In this document: in pieces, positions 10,308-20,453 of the stretch | How positions within the stretch are numbered: the first letter of the stretch is position 1 | Layout: the number at the start of each line of letters is the position of its first letter | DNA from: an uncultured Gemmatimonadaceae bacterium | Lineage (GTDB): Bacteria > Gemmatimonadota > Gemmatimonadetes > Gemmatimonadales > Gemmatimonadaceae | DNA length: 64,000 nucleotides | NCBI GenBank assembly: GCA_963740355.1 | Contig: CAVUDW010000002.1 | Coordinates: 1,696,001 to 1,760,000 of the forward strand | Direction: 5' to 3' | Notes under the pieces: generated by a model | Seen by the model: only the letters and a program-made list of their open reading frames with translations | The model's database searches: none | Told to the model about the DNA's origin: nothing | Program-made: the position numbers and the translations under genes

Positions 10308-10685
10308 TCACTCGAACGCGATCTGCTCCGCATCACTCCACAACCGCTCGAGCTGGTAGAAGTTCCGCAGCGTCGGGTGAAAGACGTGGATCACGACATC
10401 GGTGTAGTCGAGCAGCGCCCAACGGCCCTGTTCGACACCTTCCGCGTGGGTGACCCGCTCCCCTTCGTCCCGCAGCGTGCGCATCACGTGATCCGCCATG
10501 CTTCGTACGTGTGTATCCGACGTGCCGGATGCAATCACGAAGTAATCCGTCATGTCGGTCAAGCCGGCGAGCGACAACACCTGTATGTCCGTGCCCTTGA
10601 ATTCGCTCATCAGGTGCGCCGCACGCTTGGCGAGGGCTTCCGAGGCGGCTTTCGTGGCACGGGTCGTACTCTTCAATGCGGTCAT
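10308..10685 (-). CDS. rsfS: Ribosome silencing factor RsfS (Iojap)
   Basis: DYFVIASG, WALLDY, VVIHVF and FYQLERLW motifs; start moved to MTALKS. Confidence 0.93.
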   Translation of the reverse strand: MTALKSTTRATKAASEALAKRAAHLMSEFKGTDIQVLSLAGLTDMTDYFVIASGTSDTHVRSMADHVMRTLRDEGERVTHAEGVEQGRWALLDYTDVVIHVFHPTLRNFYQLERLWSDAEQIAFE

Positions 10686-10896
10686 CGATATATGGAACGG
10701 CGGGCGAACCCACCACATGGCACAGAGGCCCGTCAGTGCAGGAACGACGGGAGCGACCAGCCGTAGGTTAATCCGTCGCGCCCAGAACCACACACTGTGC
10801 CATTCGTTTCCCGACGGGATCCCTGTATGGAAACTCCGCCAACGTGCAGCGGGTCACAGTGGGGCGGCCAGCAGGAACACTGGGCAAGACACGCGA

Positions 10897-10929
10897 AACG
10901 GGGCGTCCCCCCATGGAGGACGCCCCGTT
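10897..10929 (-). terminator. Intrinsic terminator after rplI
   Basis: Stem AACGGGGCGTCC/GGACGCCCCGTT, ending in TTT on the minus strand. Confidence 0.65.
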
Positions 10930-11014
10930 CGTGGTACCCGTTCCCGCGGCACCGATGCCCAGCCTGCCCGATCCCTGCCCATCACATGGTGCTGATGTGG
11001 CCGGGCGGTGATGC

Positions 11015-11458
11015 TCAGCCCTTGATGACCCAGACCTTGATTTCCGGCTTCACGTCTGCGTGGAGCTTGATCGCGACCTTGTAGACACCCAGGGCCTTGA
11101 TCGGCTCGTGCAGGTCGATCTGCCGCTTCTCGACGTGCAGCCCCTGCGCCTTCAGCTGCTCGGCGATGTCGCCCGAGGTCACTGAGCCGAAGAGCTTGCC
11201 TTCTTCGCCCACACGGGCGGCGAAGGTGATCGAGAGGTCGTTGTACTTCTTGGCCTCTTCTTCTGCCGCACCCACGCGCGCCTGTTCGGCGGCGACGAGC
11301 TTGGCCTTCTCCATCGTAATGCGCTTCTTGTTGCCGTCGGTGGCCGGAAGGGCCATGCCGCGCGGCAGCAGGAAGTTACGGGCATATCCTGACGAGACCT
11401 TCACCAGGTCGCCAGCATGTCCGAGGCTATCCACCGCTTGCCGAAGAATCACTTCCAT
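11015..11458 (-). CDS. rplI: 50S ribosomal protein L9
   Basis: MEVIL, GYARNFLLP, GKLFGSVT motifs; downstream of rpsF-rpsR. Confidence 0.97.
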   Translation of the reverse strand: MEVILRQAVDSLGHAGDLVKVSSGYARNFLLPRGMALPATDGNKKRITMEKAKLVAAEQARVGAAEEEAKKYNDLSITFAARVGEEGKLFGSVTSGDIAEQLKAQGLHVEKRQIDLHEPIKALGVYKVAIKLHADVKPEIKVWVIKG

Positions 11459-11476
11459 CCTGTCACCCTCCTCGAA

Positions 11477-12499
11477 TCAGGAAACCGCTGGCCGGATCCG
11501 GCGTCGCCAGTCGGCCCAAGTATCACCCAGTCCCACCAAACCGAGCGCGATCGCCGCGCCATCTCGCAGCAGCAGCAACAACGCCACACCAACGATCAGT
11601 CCCAGCAGCGAACGGCCGGGACGTAAGAACCACGCCAGCACTCCAGCACCACGCAGGGCATAGAGCGCCCCGAAAAACACCAGCAGGTTGATGCCGAGCG
11701 GTTCCAGCGCCTCGAGCGCCGGCAACAATGCCAGCACCAGTCCGACGATCACCGACCAGATCCAGTGATCGTTGAAACGGAAGTCGCGCAAGCGCGACAG
11801 CTCATCTCCCAACCGCGTCCGACTGAAGCGATGGAAGAGCGCCCAGGCAATCGCCATCGCCGCCAGCGTCTGCAACGCCAGCATGGATGGCAACACGGCA
11901 CGTGCCATCTGCGGCAGTCCGGCCACGTTCTGTTCGAACCGATCGAGCACGGAGGTCGTGGCACTGTCGACACGGGTGGTGCTCCCTCGCGTCATCTGCG
12001 AGCGAGCCACGCGCCAGTTCGTGAGATCCGCGTTGCCGCGGATCGACAGCACCGAGTCCACCGTGCGTGCGAACGTGTTCGGACCTGATGGCGTCACCAC
12101 CACCAGCAGCGCTGCAACGATCAGCGCCGACAACGTTGCCACGACACCCCTGCCAAGAAACCGCGTCGAACGAGCCGCCAGCAGCGACAGGCCAAGACAG
12201 GCCGCTGCCACCACCGACCATCCCGCCGTCAGCATCTCACTGCTCACACCACTGGTGGCCGCCGTCCAGACCGGCCACACCGCCAGCCCAAGGGTCATGA
12301 TGGCCATCGTCAAACTGCCGCCGCGCCACCACCCCACCAACGCGCAGGCTGCCAGTGATGGCAACAGCAGCGTGAGAGGGTGATGCACGGGCAACAACGT
12401 TTGTGCGACGGGCAGGTCGGCGGCGATCGAGAACGTCACCAACGCCAGCCCAAGCCACCACCAGCCGCGCCGCGGCGCGGGCGTAGTGGCATCCGTCAT
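11477..12499 (-). CDS. DUF2232/YybS-like polytopic membrane protein
   Basis: Many TM helices, C-terminal LGLGDTWADWR; located between rpsR and rplI, as YybS is. Confidence 0.75.
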   Translation of the reverse strand: MTDATTPAPRRGWWWLGLALVTFSIAADLPVAQTLLPVHHPLTLLLPSLAACALVGWWRGGSLTMAIMTLGLAVWPVWTAATSGVSSEMLTAGWSVVAAACLGLSLLAARSTRFLGRGVVATLSALIVAALLVVVTPSGPNTFARTVDSVLSIRGNADLTNWRVARSQMTRGSTTRVDSATTSVLDRFEQNVAGLPQMARAVLPSMLALQTLAAMAIAWALFHRFSRTRLGDELSRLRDFRFNDHWIWSVIVGLVLALLPALEALEPLGINLLVFFGALYALRGAGVLAWFLRPGRSLLGLIVGVALLLLLRDGAAIALGLVGLGDTWADWRRRIRPAVS

Positions 12500-12506
12500 G
12501 AAACGA

Positions 12507-12731
12507 TTAGGCCTTGCTCGAACGCGTGTACGGCAGGAGCGCCAGATAGCGCGCCTTCTTGATCGCGCATGCCAGCTGACGCTGGTGACGGGCGTCCACT
12601 CCGCTCAACCGGCTCGGCAGGATCTTGCCGTTCTCGGTGATGAAACGGCTGAGGAAACGCTCGTCCTTGTAATCCACGAAACGAATGCCTGCCTCGTTGA
12701 CCGGGCTAGGCTTCTTGTTGCGGCGGGCCAT
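12507..12731 (-). CDS. rpsR: 30S ribosomal protein S18 (zinc-independent-type N-terminus, no CxxC)
   Basis: [34 protein letters not shown]. Confidence 0.97.
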   Translation of the reverse strand: MARRNKKPSPVNEAGIRFVDYKDERFLSRFITENGKILPSRLSGVDARHQRQLACAIKKARYLALLPYTRSSKA

Positions 12732-12734
12732 GGG

Positions 12735-13115
12735 TTAATCCTCGTCGTCGTCGTCATCGCCGGCTTCTTCAGCGCGGCGCTTGGCTTCCAGCTGCTCTTC
12801 GGTGAGCGGCGGGGCTCCCAGCTCGTGCTCATGCAGCGAGATGAGATAACGGAGCACACCGTCGTCGAGCTTGAGCGAGCGCTCGAACTCGGGCAGCTTG
12901 CCCGTCTCGGTGGTGAAGCGGGCCACGACGTAATAGCCGGTGTCCTTCTTCTTGATCTGGTAGGCCAGCTGACGACGGCCCCAGTTGTCGATCGTGGCCT
13001 CTTCGGCCAGCGACAGCAGGCCATGATGCTTGGCCAGCTTTTCGGCGATCACGCCATCTTCGAGCGCGCTGTCGAAGATGTAGACGGCCTCGTACGGACG
13101 CAGAATAGCGCTCAC
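12735..13115 (-). CDS. rpsF: 30S ribosomal protein S6
   Basis: RPYE, WGRRQLAYQI, acidic tail; GTG start at 13115 is 10 nt downstream of GGGAGG. Confidence 0.95.
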   Translation of the reverse strand: MSAILRPYEAVYIFDSALEDGVIAEKLAKHHGLLSLAEEATIDNWGRRQLAYQIKKKDTGYYVVARFTTETGKLPEFERSLKLDDGVLRYLISLHEHELGAPPLTEEQLEAKRRAEEAGDDDDDED

Positions 13116-13124
13116 GAGTGGCAA

Positions 13125-13180
13125 TCCTCCCTGTGGTCAAAACCGCCCCCCGCGGGTTGCCGACGCAGGAGGAGGGGAAT
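13125..13180 (-). promoter_or_regulatory. Putative S6:S18 autoregulatory leader RNA
   Basis: Minus strand CCCCTCCTCCTGCG..CGCGGGGGCGGTTTTGACCACAGGGAGG: a pyrimidine tract complementary to the SD, an internal hairpin, and a CGG-N-GACC segment immediately 5' of rpsF. Confidence 0.5.
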
Positions 13181-13183
13181 GAA

Positions 13184-13206
13184 GGTCGCCCCACGAAGGG
13201 GCGACC
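13184..13206. other. Perfect 9-bp hairpin upstream of the rpsF leader (terminator of the quinone oxidoreductase gene or a 5' stabiliser)
   Basis: GGTCGCCCC-ACGAA-GGGGCGACC. Confidence 0.5.
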
Positions 13207-13306
13207 GTTGTCCCGCGCAGACGACGCCTGTCGCGGACTAGCCACTAAGGATAGCCAGTACCGGCCCCGGTGGGAACTGCCGCCGCCTCAACCGGCGAGG
13301 GATGGC

Positions 13307-14311
13307 TCAGTCGATCGACAGCGCCACCTTGCCGATCGTCCCGTTGCCCTCGACCAGCGCATGCGCCTCACCGATCTGCGCCAGCTCGAAGGTGGCGTCG
13401 ATACGCGGCACCAGCCGGCCGGACGCAAGAAACGGCAACACGTGAGCCTCGAACGCCTGCGTCACCGCCACCCGCTCCTCGAGGCTCCGGCTGCGGAGCA
13501 CGGTGCCGCGGAGCGTCAGCCGCTTCGACAGGATCGCGCGCAGGTCAACGGTGGCCTTCGAGCCGGCCAGCGCCCCGATCAACATCAGCCGCCCCTTGAG
13601 CGCCATCGCCGGCAGGCTCTCGGCGGTGTAGTCGCCGCCCACCAGGTCCACCACCACGTCGACGCCGCGCCCACCGGTCCAGCCGAGTACGGCCTTGGCG
13701 ACCCAGCCCGGCTCCCCCGGTTGGCACCCGTCGCGCATACCCAGATCACGGGCCGCATCGAGCTTGGCGGCACCACGCGCCGTGCCGAAGACCGTCGCGC
13801 CGAATTCCGTCGCCAACTGCACCGCCGCCAGCCCGACGCCGCTGCCGACTGCGTGCACCAGTACCGACTCACCCGCCAGGAGGCCGGCCTGCGAGACCAT
13901 GGCGTCGTAGGCCGTGATGTAGACCTCGGGCGAGGCCCCCGCGATTTCCCATGAGATGCCGTCCGGCACCCGCGCCACGGTGGTCGCATGCGTAACGAGG
14001 TACTCCGCATGTGCGCCGCCCCCGATCAAGCCGCATACCCGGTCACCGATCGCCCACTGGGACACATCGTCACCCAGCGCCGCCACCTCGCCGGCGAACT
14101 CCATGCCGGGAATGTCCGCCGGAACACCGGGCGGGGCGGGGTAGCGACCGATGCGTTGCAGCAGGTCGGCGCGGTTGATGGCCGACGCGCGAACGCGCAC
14201 CAGCATCTCGCCGGCGCCAGGCTGCGGCACTGGACGGCTTTCAATCGTCAGGACGTCAGGGCCGCCGGGCTTCGTGATGACCGCGGCGCGCATGCTGGAG
14301 GGAATGGACAT
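13307..14311 (-). CDS. NAD(P)H-quinone oxidoreductase (MDR, PIG3 family)
   Basis: NRADLLQRIGRYPAPPG, PGMEFAG, HAVGSGVG, GTVLRSR. Confidence 0.9.
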   Translation of the reverse strand: MSIPSSMRAAVITKPGGPDVLTIESRPVPQPGAGEMLVRVRASAINRADLLQRIGRYPAPPGVPADIPGMEFAGEVAALGDDVSQWAIGDRVCGLIGGGAHAEYLVTHATTVARVPDGISWEIAGASPEVYITAYDAMVSQAGLLAGESVLVHAVGSGVGLAAVQLATEFGATVFGTARGAAKLDAARDLGMRDGCQPGEPGWVAKAVLGWTGGRGVDVVVDLVGGDYTAESLPAMALKGRLMLIGALAGSKATVDLRAILSKRLTLRGTVLRSRSLEERVAVTQAFEAHVLPFLASGRLVPRIDATFELAQIGEAHALVEGNGTIGKVALSID

Positions 14312-14394
14312 GTGCGGAGTTTCGCGTGCGAACGGCGCAGACACCACCCCGCACGCATCGCTCAACTCTCAGCGAATGCTGCGACCCGGAGGGA

Positions 14395-15639
14395 TCAGGG
14401 CGTACCCATCAGGATCGCGCGCACGGAATCGAGCGATCCATCGGTGCGCGCCGGCCGCAGATGGAGCAGCTGCGCCAGCAGGGAATACACATGCACGTTC
14501 GCAAACGGCGGCACCGTCACGCCGCGACGAATGTCCGGACCGGCCGCGATGAAGGTGGCGCCCATCGACAGCAGCTGGTTGTCGTATCCGTGCGCCCCAT
14601 ATGTCCGGTCTCGCGGCGTCTTGGCCGCAGCCGCTCGCGTCGCGATCGACCAGCCTTCATCCGCCAGCACGACGATCGGCGTCACGTGCGCACCGGTGTT
14701 GTAGTGCAGTCGCGCCGGCAGGTCGCCCTTGCGGTACACCTTCATGTGCGGATTGGCGTGCACCAGCGCGTTGTACACGTATTCCATGCGGCCCGGCTTC
14801 GGGATGATCGTCGCCACCGGACTCCAGTCGCCCACGTCGAGGCTGTCCATCGACACGTAGTCGTCGAGTGCGATGGTGCGTTCGGCGTTGATCTCCGTCA
14901 TGCCATGATCGGAGACGACGACCACATCCACGCGATCGGCCGCACCGAGTGTCGCAATACCATCGACGATCGCGCCGACGGCACTATCCACCTTCGCGAT
15001 CGCCGAATCGGTCTGCGCGGACATCGGGCCAAAATTGTGGCTATCGGTGTCCACATCGCTGAAGTACACACCGACGAAGCGCGGGGCCGAGTCTTCGGGC
15101 ATGCCCAGCCACTCGAGCACGCGGGTGACGCGAGTGGCGCGTGAGGTGGTGACGTCGAACGGGTAGTACCAGTGCGGTCTCACGCCACCAATCGCCGCCT
15201 CTGAGCCGGGCCAGAAATAGGCCGCGCTTCGCACGCCCTGTTTTTCCGCCGTCGCCCAGATCGGTTCGCCGGTGAACCAGCGCGCATCGCGCACTGCCGG
15301 ATCGTTACCTGTCGCGAACCGGCCAAGGATGGAGTCGCGCATGATGTTGGCCGCGATGCCATGGTTCTCGGGATACAAGCCCGTCACCAGCGTGATGTGA
15401 TTCGGAAAGGTCTTGGACGGGAACGACGGTACCAGCCGTTCCGCTCGCACCCCACGGGCCGCCAGTTCGCGCAGCCGGGTCGCCTGGGGGCGCTGGATGT
15501 AATCCCAGCGGAACCCATCCAGTGAGATGAGCACGACGGAATGCGCACGCGCTGCGCGCTGCGGTCGGGCCATGGCAAAGCCCGACAGCACCACGATCGC
15601 GACGAGGAGCGCACCGATGCCGCGCTGGACGCGCTTCAA
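14395..15639 (-). CDS. Secreted ectonucleotide pyrophosphatase/phosphodiesterase (alkaline phosphatase superfamily)
   Basis: Signal peptide; ISLDGFR, PSKTFPNH with catalytic Thr, VSDHGM, HGYDN. Confidence 0.92.
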   Translation of the reverse strand: MKRVQRGIGALLVAIVVLSGFAMARPQRAARAHSVVLISLDGFRWDYIQRPQATRLRELAARGVRAERLVPSFPSKTFPNHITLVTGLYPENHGIAANIMRDSILGRFATGNDPAVRDARWFTGEPIWATAEKQGVRSAAYFWPGSEAAIGGVRPHWYYPFDVTTSRATRVTRVLEWLGMPEDSAPRFVGVYFSDVDTDSHNFGPMSAQTDSAIAKVDSAVGAIVDGIATLGAADRVDVVVVSDHGMTEINAERTIALDDYVSMDSLDVGDWSPVATIIPKPGRMEYVYNALVHANPHMKVYRKGDLPARLHYNTGAHVTPIVVLADEGWSIATRAAAAKTPRDRTYGAHGYDNQLLSMGATFIAAGPDIRRGVTVPPFANVHVYSLLAQLLHLRPARTDGSLDSVRAILMGTP

Positions 15640-15782
15640 CGGTCTCGCTCGTTCGTAACCAGTTGTTTCCTATCCGTCACGTCGCACAGGTCGTCGAAGG
15701 CAGGGAAAGTTCACAGGCCTGCAACTTAAGCACGACCTCGCTGCGGCACGACGTCCGGCCGTGCCTGGCACGGCCGACTGCT

Positions 15783-16958
15783 TCACGCGCTGCGCAGCTG
15801 GCTCCCCGGGGCGACACTGCCAACCGCATCGGCCAGCATCACGCCGCCCATCGCCTGACGTTTGGCCTGATACATCGCCTTGTCGGCGCGGGCCACCCAC
15901 CCTGCGACATCTTCACCGGGCGCCAGTTGCGCCACGCCAATCGAGGCGCCAAGGGCGAATTCCATCGCGGAATGGGGTTTCGGCAGGGTGCGCACCTGCT
16001 CGACGAGGCGCTTCGCCAGGGTCTGCGCCACGAGGATGTCGCAGCCGTTGAGGATCACGGCGAATTCGTCGCCGCCATACCGGCAGATCACGTCGGATTG
16101 ACGCAGGAACACCTTCCACAGTGCATTGGCCAGGCTGACGATCGCCGCGTCGCCGGCTGGATGCCCGTACGAATCGTTGATGATCTTGAGCTTGTTGAGA
16201 TCGATCATCAGCAACGTGACCGGTGCTCGTCCCAGCGAATACAGCTGCACCGCACGATTCGACATGAGGTCGAAATGCTTGCGATTGCCCACGCCGGTGA
16301 GCGGGTCGGTGGCGCTTTCCTTCTTCGCTTCCTCGAGCTGCCGACCAAGGGAATCGAGCGACGTGGCGAGGCTCTTGTACTGACGCTGCTGTTCCTCGCG
16401 ACGCTCCTTCAATGCGCGGTCGATCTCGCTCACCGCATTCAGCACTTCATCCTTGATGCTGCTCATCTGCCCGCCACTGACCGCCTTCCGCACCAGCGAG
16501 AGATGCGTGCCCGTCGTGGCGTCGGTGTTGTCCTCGATGCGCACCGCCTCATGCACGGCCGCGACGCAGCTCCAGAGCGCGGCGCGCAACTCGGACACCA
16601 GTGCCTCCACGGAGGACTGTTCGTCGCGACGCAGCGCAGCGACGGCGCGCACGAGTCCGCGCCAGTCGCGATCCTGGATGCCGACCGATGTCGTTTCGTT
16701 TTCGGCGTCGAGCGGAAGGCCAATCGTCGCGTGACGCTGCCACGCCGTCATCTCCTTGGCCGTTGCGCTGGCCGGCCGGTGCGGCAGGTCGACGGGGAAC
16801 CGCGCCAAGGCGGCGATCACGCCACCAAGTGCGTCGAGAACGAGGGTGCTGTGTCCATCACCGCCGTGCGACGGTTCCGCCGCCGGCTGCGGCACCGAGG
16901 CGGAGGGCGTCTGCTGTGACGCAATGCGCGCGGCGGTTTCCTTTTTTCGAAAGAACAT
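15783..16958 (-). CDS. Diguanylate cyclase (GGDEF) with helical N-terminal region
   Basis: TDPLTG, IND.YGH..GD, intact GGDEF and RxxD I-site (RQSD). Confidence 0.92.
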   Translation of the reverse strand: MFFRKKETAARIASQQTPSASVPQPAAEPSHGGDGHSTLVLDALGGVIAALARFPVDLPHRPASATAKEMTAWQRHATIGLPLDAENETTSVGIQDRDWRGLVRAVAALRRDEQSSVEALVSELRAALWSCVAAVHEAVRIEDNTDATTGTHLSLVRKAVSGGQMSSIKDEVLNAVSEIDRALKERREEQQRQYKSLATSLDSLGRQLEEAKKESATDPLTGVGNRKHFDLMSNRAVQLYSLGRAPVTLLMIDLNKLKIINDSYGHPAGDAAIVSLANALWKVFLRQSDVICRYGGDEFAVILNGCDILVAQTLAKRLVEQVRTLPKPHSAMEFALGASIGVAQLAPGEDVAGWVARADKAMYQAKRQAMGGVMLADAVGSVAPGSQLRSA

Positions 16959-17062
16959 GTGGCCGACCTTGGATTCGCCCGAGTAACATGAGTTTCCTCA
17001 AAGGATCGGAAGGTGGGGTGAGTTGCTTGAGCTGACATTTCAGCGCGCGCTCACCGACCGGC

Positions 17063-18295
17063 TCATTGTATAGCTGAGCTTGCCACCCGCGCACACTCGG
17101 CGAGAACGCCTGCGCCGACGAGAATCGCCCCTTCCGCAACGTCGAAACGAGGGGAATGGGCGGCGGTCGCCGCCTCGCCCGGCCCGCGGGAACCGATTCG
17201 CAAGAAACAGCCTGGGATGCGCTCCAGGTAGAACGCGAAATCCTCGCCGCCCATGTTGGTGATGCCGAACGGCACGATCGCGTCCGGCCCCAGCACGTTG
17301 GCGACCGCCGCCCGCGCCCACTCCGACTCGCGGACGGGATTCACGATCGGCGGCGTGCCATGCTCCACCTCGACCACCGCGGTCACGCCGTAGCCGGAGG
17401 CGACGTCAGTGGCGATGCGGGTGACCTCGCTCACCAGGCGAGCGCGGGTCGGCGCGTCCATCGCACGCAGGGTGCCGGTGAGGATCGCGGTCTCTGGAAT
17501 CACGTTCGAGGCGACGCCGGCGTGCACACTCCCGACGGTGCAGACGGCGGGCTTCGCCGGATCGATCCGGCGCGCCACGACGGTCTGCAACGCCGTGATC
17601 ACGGCGGCCGCAGCCACGATCGGATCGGCCGCCTCATGCGGACGCGCGCCGTGTGCGCCATGTCCGCGCAACTCGATGGTGAAGCTGTCGGCCGATGCCG
17701 CCAAAGGGCCCGCTTCCGCAATCACCTGGCCCACCTCGAACCGGCGATCGACATGCGCACCGAAAATCGCCGCTACACCATCCAACGCACCACTCGCGAG
17801 GATTGCGGTCGCGCCCGCACCAATCTCCTCGGCCGGTTGCAACACCAGCAGCACGTCTCCGGCGGCCGGTTCACGCAGCAGGTCCATTGCCGCACCGATG
17901 GCCCACGTAGCATGCACGTCATGCCCACACGCATGCATCACGCCCGGCACGATGGAGGCGAACGGGAGGCCGGTCTGTTCCTCGATCGGCAGCGCGTCGA
18001 TGTCACCGCGCAACGCGACCGGTGGACGTGTCCGATCACGGCCAGGAATGCGCGCGACGATGCCGGTGCCTGCGACGCGTTTCACGTCACTGATGCCAAG
18101 CGACTCGAGTGTCGCAACCAATTGCGCTGACGTCTGATGCTCCTCGTTCGAGAGCTCCGGATTCTGGTGTAGCGTGCGGCGCAGTTGGATCAGGGCGCGA
18201 ATCTGGTCATCGGTGAACCGTCGCGATGCCGCCTGGGGCACGTAGATCGTGTCGCGGGTCGGGAGGTCGATGTCGCTGATGGCCGACGCAGGCAT
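17063..18295 (-). CDS. M20D amidohydrolase (possible N-succinyl-L-amino acid desuccinylase)
   Basis: LHQNPELS, RGDIDALP, MHACGHD, QPAEE, GGEDF; start moved to MPASAIS. Confidence 0.88.
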   Translation of the reverse strand: MPASAISDIDLPTRDTIYVPQAASRRFTDDQIRALIQLRRTLHQNPELSNEEHQTSAQLVATLESLGISDVKRVAGTGIVARIPGRDRTRPPVALRGDIDALPIEEQTGLPFASIVPGVMHACGHDVHATWAIGAAMDLLREPAAGDVLLVLQPAEEIGAGATAILASGALDGVAAIFGAHVDRRFEVGQVIAEAGPLAASADSFTIELRGHGAHGARPHEAADPIVAAAAVITALQTVVARRIDPAKPAVCTVGSVHAGVASNVIPETAILTGTLRAMDAPTRARLVSEVTRIATDVASGYGVTAVVEVEHGTPPIVNPVRESEWARAAVANVLGPDAIVPFGITNMGGEDFAFYLERIPGCFLRIGSRGPGEAATAAHSPRFDVAEGAILVGAGVLAECARVASSAIQ

Positions 18296-18492
18296 GTCCG
18301 GACGGGTGGAGGAAGACAGGTGATGGACTGCGGCGCGCGGCCGGGTCTTGACCCGGCTGCGGGAAGATAGAACATCGTCATGCACGGCGGCCTGGATTGG
18401 TTGGCAGCCGCGGTGGCCGTGGCGCAGGGCGTGGCAGCGGATCATATATCGCCGACCGGTCGGGCCGTTCTCCCGGAGTGGAGGTCACCTCG

Positions 18493-20418
18493 ATGCACCC
18501 GTTCGTCAACCTGCTCGCGGCAGGCGTGTTCGCCGCGCCATTCGCCGTTGCCGTCACGGCATCGCGCGCGCCTGCGCCTGCGACTGCACCTCCGCCGGCG
18601 CCATCCACCGCGGCGCTCGCTCGTGCGTCGGTGGAGCGTGCGCTTCCGCTGCTGCAGTCCTCGGGCGACGCGTGGTTCGAGAAGCGTGCATGTTCATCCT
18701 GCCACCACCAGGCACTCGGCATGATGGCGGTGGCCCTCGCCAAGGAGCGAGGCATCGCAGTGGACACTGCGCGACTGCGCAACCAGGTGCGTCGGACGTC
18801 GCGCACCAACCCAGGGTGGTTGGAGCGATACGTCGCTGGCGATCCGAGCATCAACGAGGCGATCGGGCAGAGTTATCGCGCCGTCGGACTCGGTGCGGCC
18901 GGTTATGCGCCGACGGAATTGACGGATGCGATGGTGCAGATGTTGACCGGAAAACAGCACGCCTCTGGTCGGTGGTCATCGTACTCTCGTCGCCCTCCGC
19001 TGGAAGATTCGGAGTTCACGGCGACCGCCATCACGATTCGTGCGCTGTCACTGTATGCGCGGTCGCCGGCAGACGCCGCCATCACCACGCGCATCGCACG
19101 CGCGCGCACCTGGCTTAAGCAGGCCCGCGCGGAATCGACCGAAGATGCCGCGATGCAACTGTTCGGTCTGGGATGGGCTGGTGCGTCGGCGGCGGAGATC
19201 GCACCATTCGCAAAGCAATTGATCTCGGAGCAGCGCAGCGATGGCGGCTGGGCACAGATCACCACGCGGGGTTCTGACGCGTACGCCACGGGTCAGGTCG
19301 TGGTGGCCCTGAACCAGGTGGCGGGACTTCCGATCAGCGATGCGCAGATGCAGCGCGCCGTTCGCTACCTCGCAGAAGCACAGCTGCCGGATGGTTCGTG
19401 GCACGTCGTGACGCGCCGTGGGCGAGCCGAAGGACTTCCGTACTTCGAGTCGGGTTATCCGCACGATCGGGATCAATTCATTTCGTACGCCGGCGCCGCG
19501 TGGGCGACGATGGCGCTGACGTTGGCACAGTCCGAAGGGCGGTCCACTGTGTTGATGGGCAAGCCGGCTGCGACGATCGTCCTCCCGACCGACGAGTCGT
19601 CCTTCGATGATGTGACGCCGCTGATGTGGGCGGCATGGCGCGGAACGCCGGCCGAGATGGCACGGTTGATCGCGGCGGGTGCATCCGTGAACGACACGAC
19701 ACGTTCGGGGTTCACGGCGCTGATCTTCGCGGCGAGGGATGCCGCGAAAGTGAAACTGTTGCTGGACGCAGGTGCGGATGCGAACACCCTCACCAGAGGC
19801 GGCTACACTCCGTTGGTGCTCGCGGCCGCAAGCGACGGCTCCGACGATGCGGCGCGCCTGCTCCTGCAACGAGGCGCGTTGCCTGACGTTGCGGGCCGCA
19901 CGGGATCGTTCACGAAGGCGACGCCGATGACGTTGGCCCTGACACGAGGCGACACGGCGCTGGCGTCGCTCCTGAAAGCACGTGGAGCCGATGTCCGAGG
20001 CGTGACAGGCAGCAGCGAGACGCCGCTGCTGGCCGCCACGTGGTACGGTGATGCCGACATGATGCGCTGGCTGCTCGCGCGTGGCGCCACTGCCAAGACT
20101 CCTCCACCGGCGAGTGGCAAACTCGAGCAGCCATCATTGCTGATGATCGCCGCCGAGGACGGTGAGGTCGATCTGTTGCGCGAGTTGCTGGCCGACGATG
20201 CGGCGCTCGATGTCGTGGGGCCCGACGGCTACACCGCGCTTCAGATGGCGGTGTCGACGTCTGATCGCGGCAGCACCGAGGTGGTGGAGTTACTGCTGAA
20301 AGCCGGGGCCGACCCGAAATTCGTCGCCGCAGATGGAGAGACGTCGCTGTCCCTCGCACGGAAGTGGGCAACCCCGAAGGTCGTCGCGCTGATCGAGGCG
20401 GCCGTGGCTGGGCGCTGA
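18493..20418 (+). CDS. Exported protein: CxxCH motif, prenyltransferase/squalene-cyclase-like repeats, ankyrin repeats
   Basis: GGAGGT SD upstream; CSSCH; QW-like motifs QRSDGGW and QLPDGSW; ankyrin motifs TPLMWAA, TALIFAA, TPLLAA, GYTALQMA. Confidence 0.8.
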   Translation: MHPFVNLLAAGVFAAPFAVAVTASRAPAPATAPPPAPSTAALARASVERALPLLQSSGDAWFEKRACSSCHHQALGMMAVALAKERGIAVDTARLRNQVRRTSRTNPGWLERYVAGDPSINEAIGQSYRAVGLGAAGYAPTELTDAMVQMLTGKQHASGRWSSYSRRPPLEDSEFTATAITIRALSLYARSPADAAITTRIARARTWLKQARAESTEDAAMQLFGLGWAGASAAEIAPFAKQLISEQRSDGGWAQITTRGSDAYATGQVVVALNQVAGLPISDAQMQRAVRYLAEAQLPDGSWHVVTRRGRAEGLPYFESGYPHDRDQFISYAGAAWATMALTLAQSEGRSTVLMGKPAATIVLPTDESSFDDVTPLMWAAWRGTPAEMARLIAAGASVNDTTRSGFTALIFAARDAAKVKLLLDAGADANTLTRGGYTPLVLAAASDGSDDAARLLLQRGALPDVAGRTGSFTKATPMTLALTRGDTALASLLKARGADVRGVTGSSETPLLAATWYGDADMMRWLLARGATAKTPPPASGKLEQPSLLMIAAEDGEVDLLRELLADDAALDVVGPDGYTALQMAVSTSDRGSTEVVELLLKAGADPKFVAADGETSLSLARKWATPKVVALIEAAVAGR

Positions 20419-20453
20419 CGCCAAGCCACGGCCATCAGGCGACTTCCGCATCC

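Noticed and set aside
7401..10766. 1121-aa plus-strand ORF
   Set aside because: Antisense shadow of the Omp85-like and rsfS genes, with no motifs; long shadow ORFs are expected in high-GC DNA
18493..20418. Squalene-hopene cyclase
   Set aside because: No DXDD catalytic motif; a single short barrel region fused to ankyrins and apparently exported
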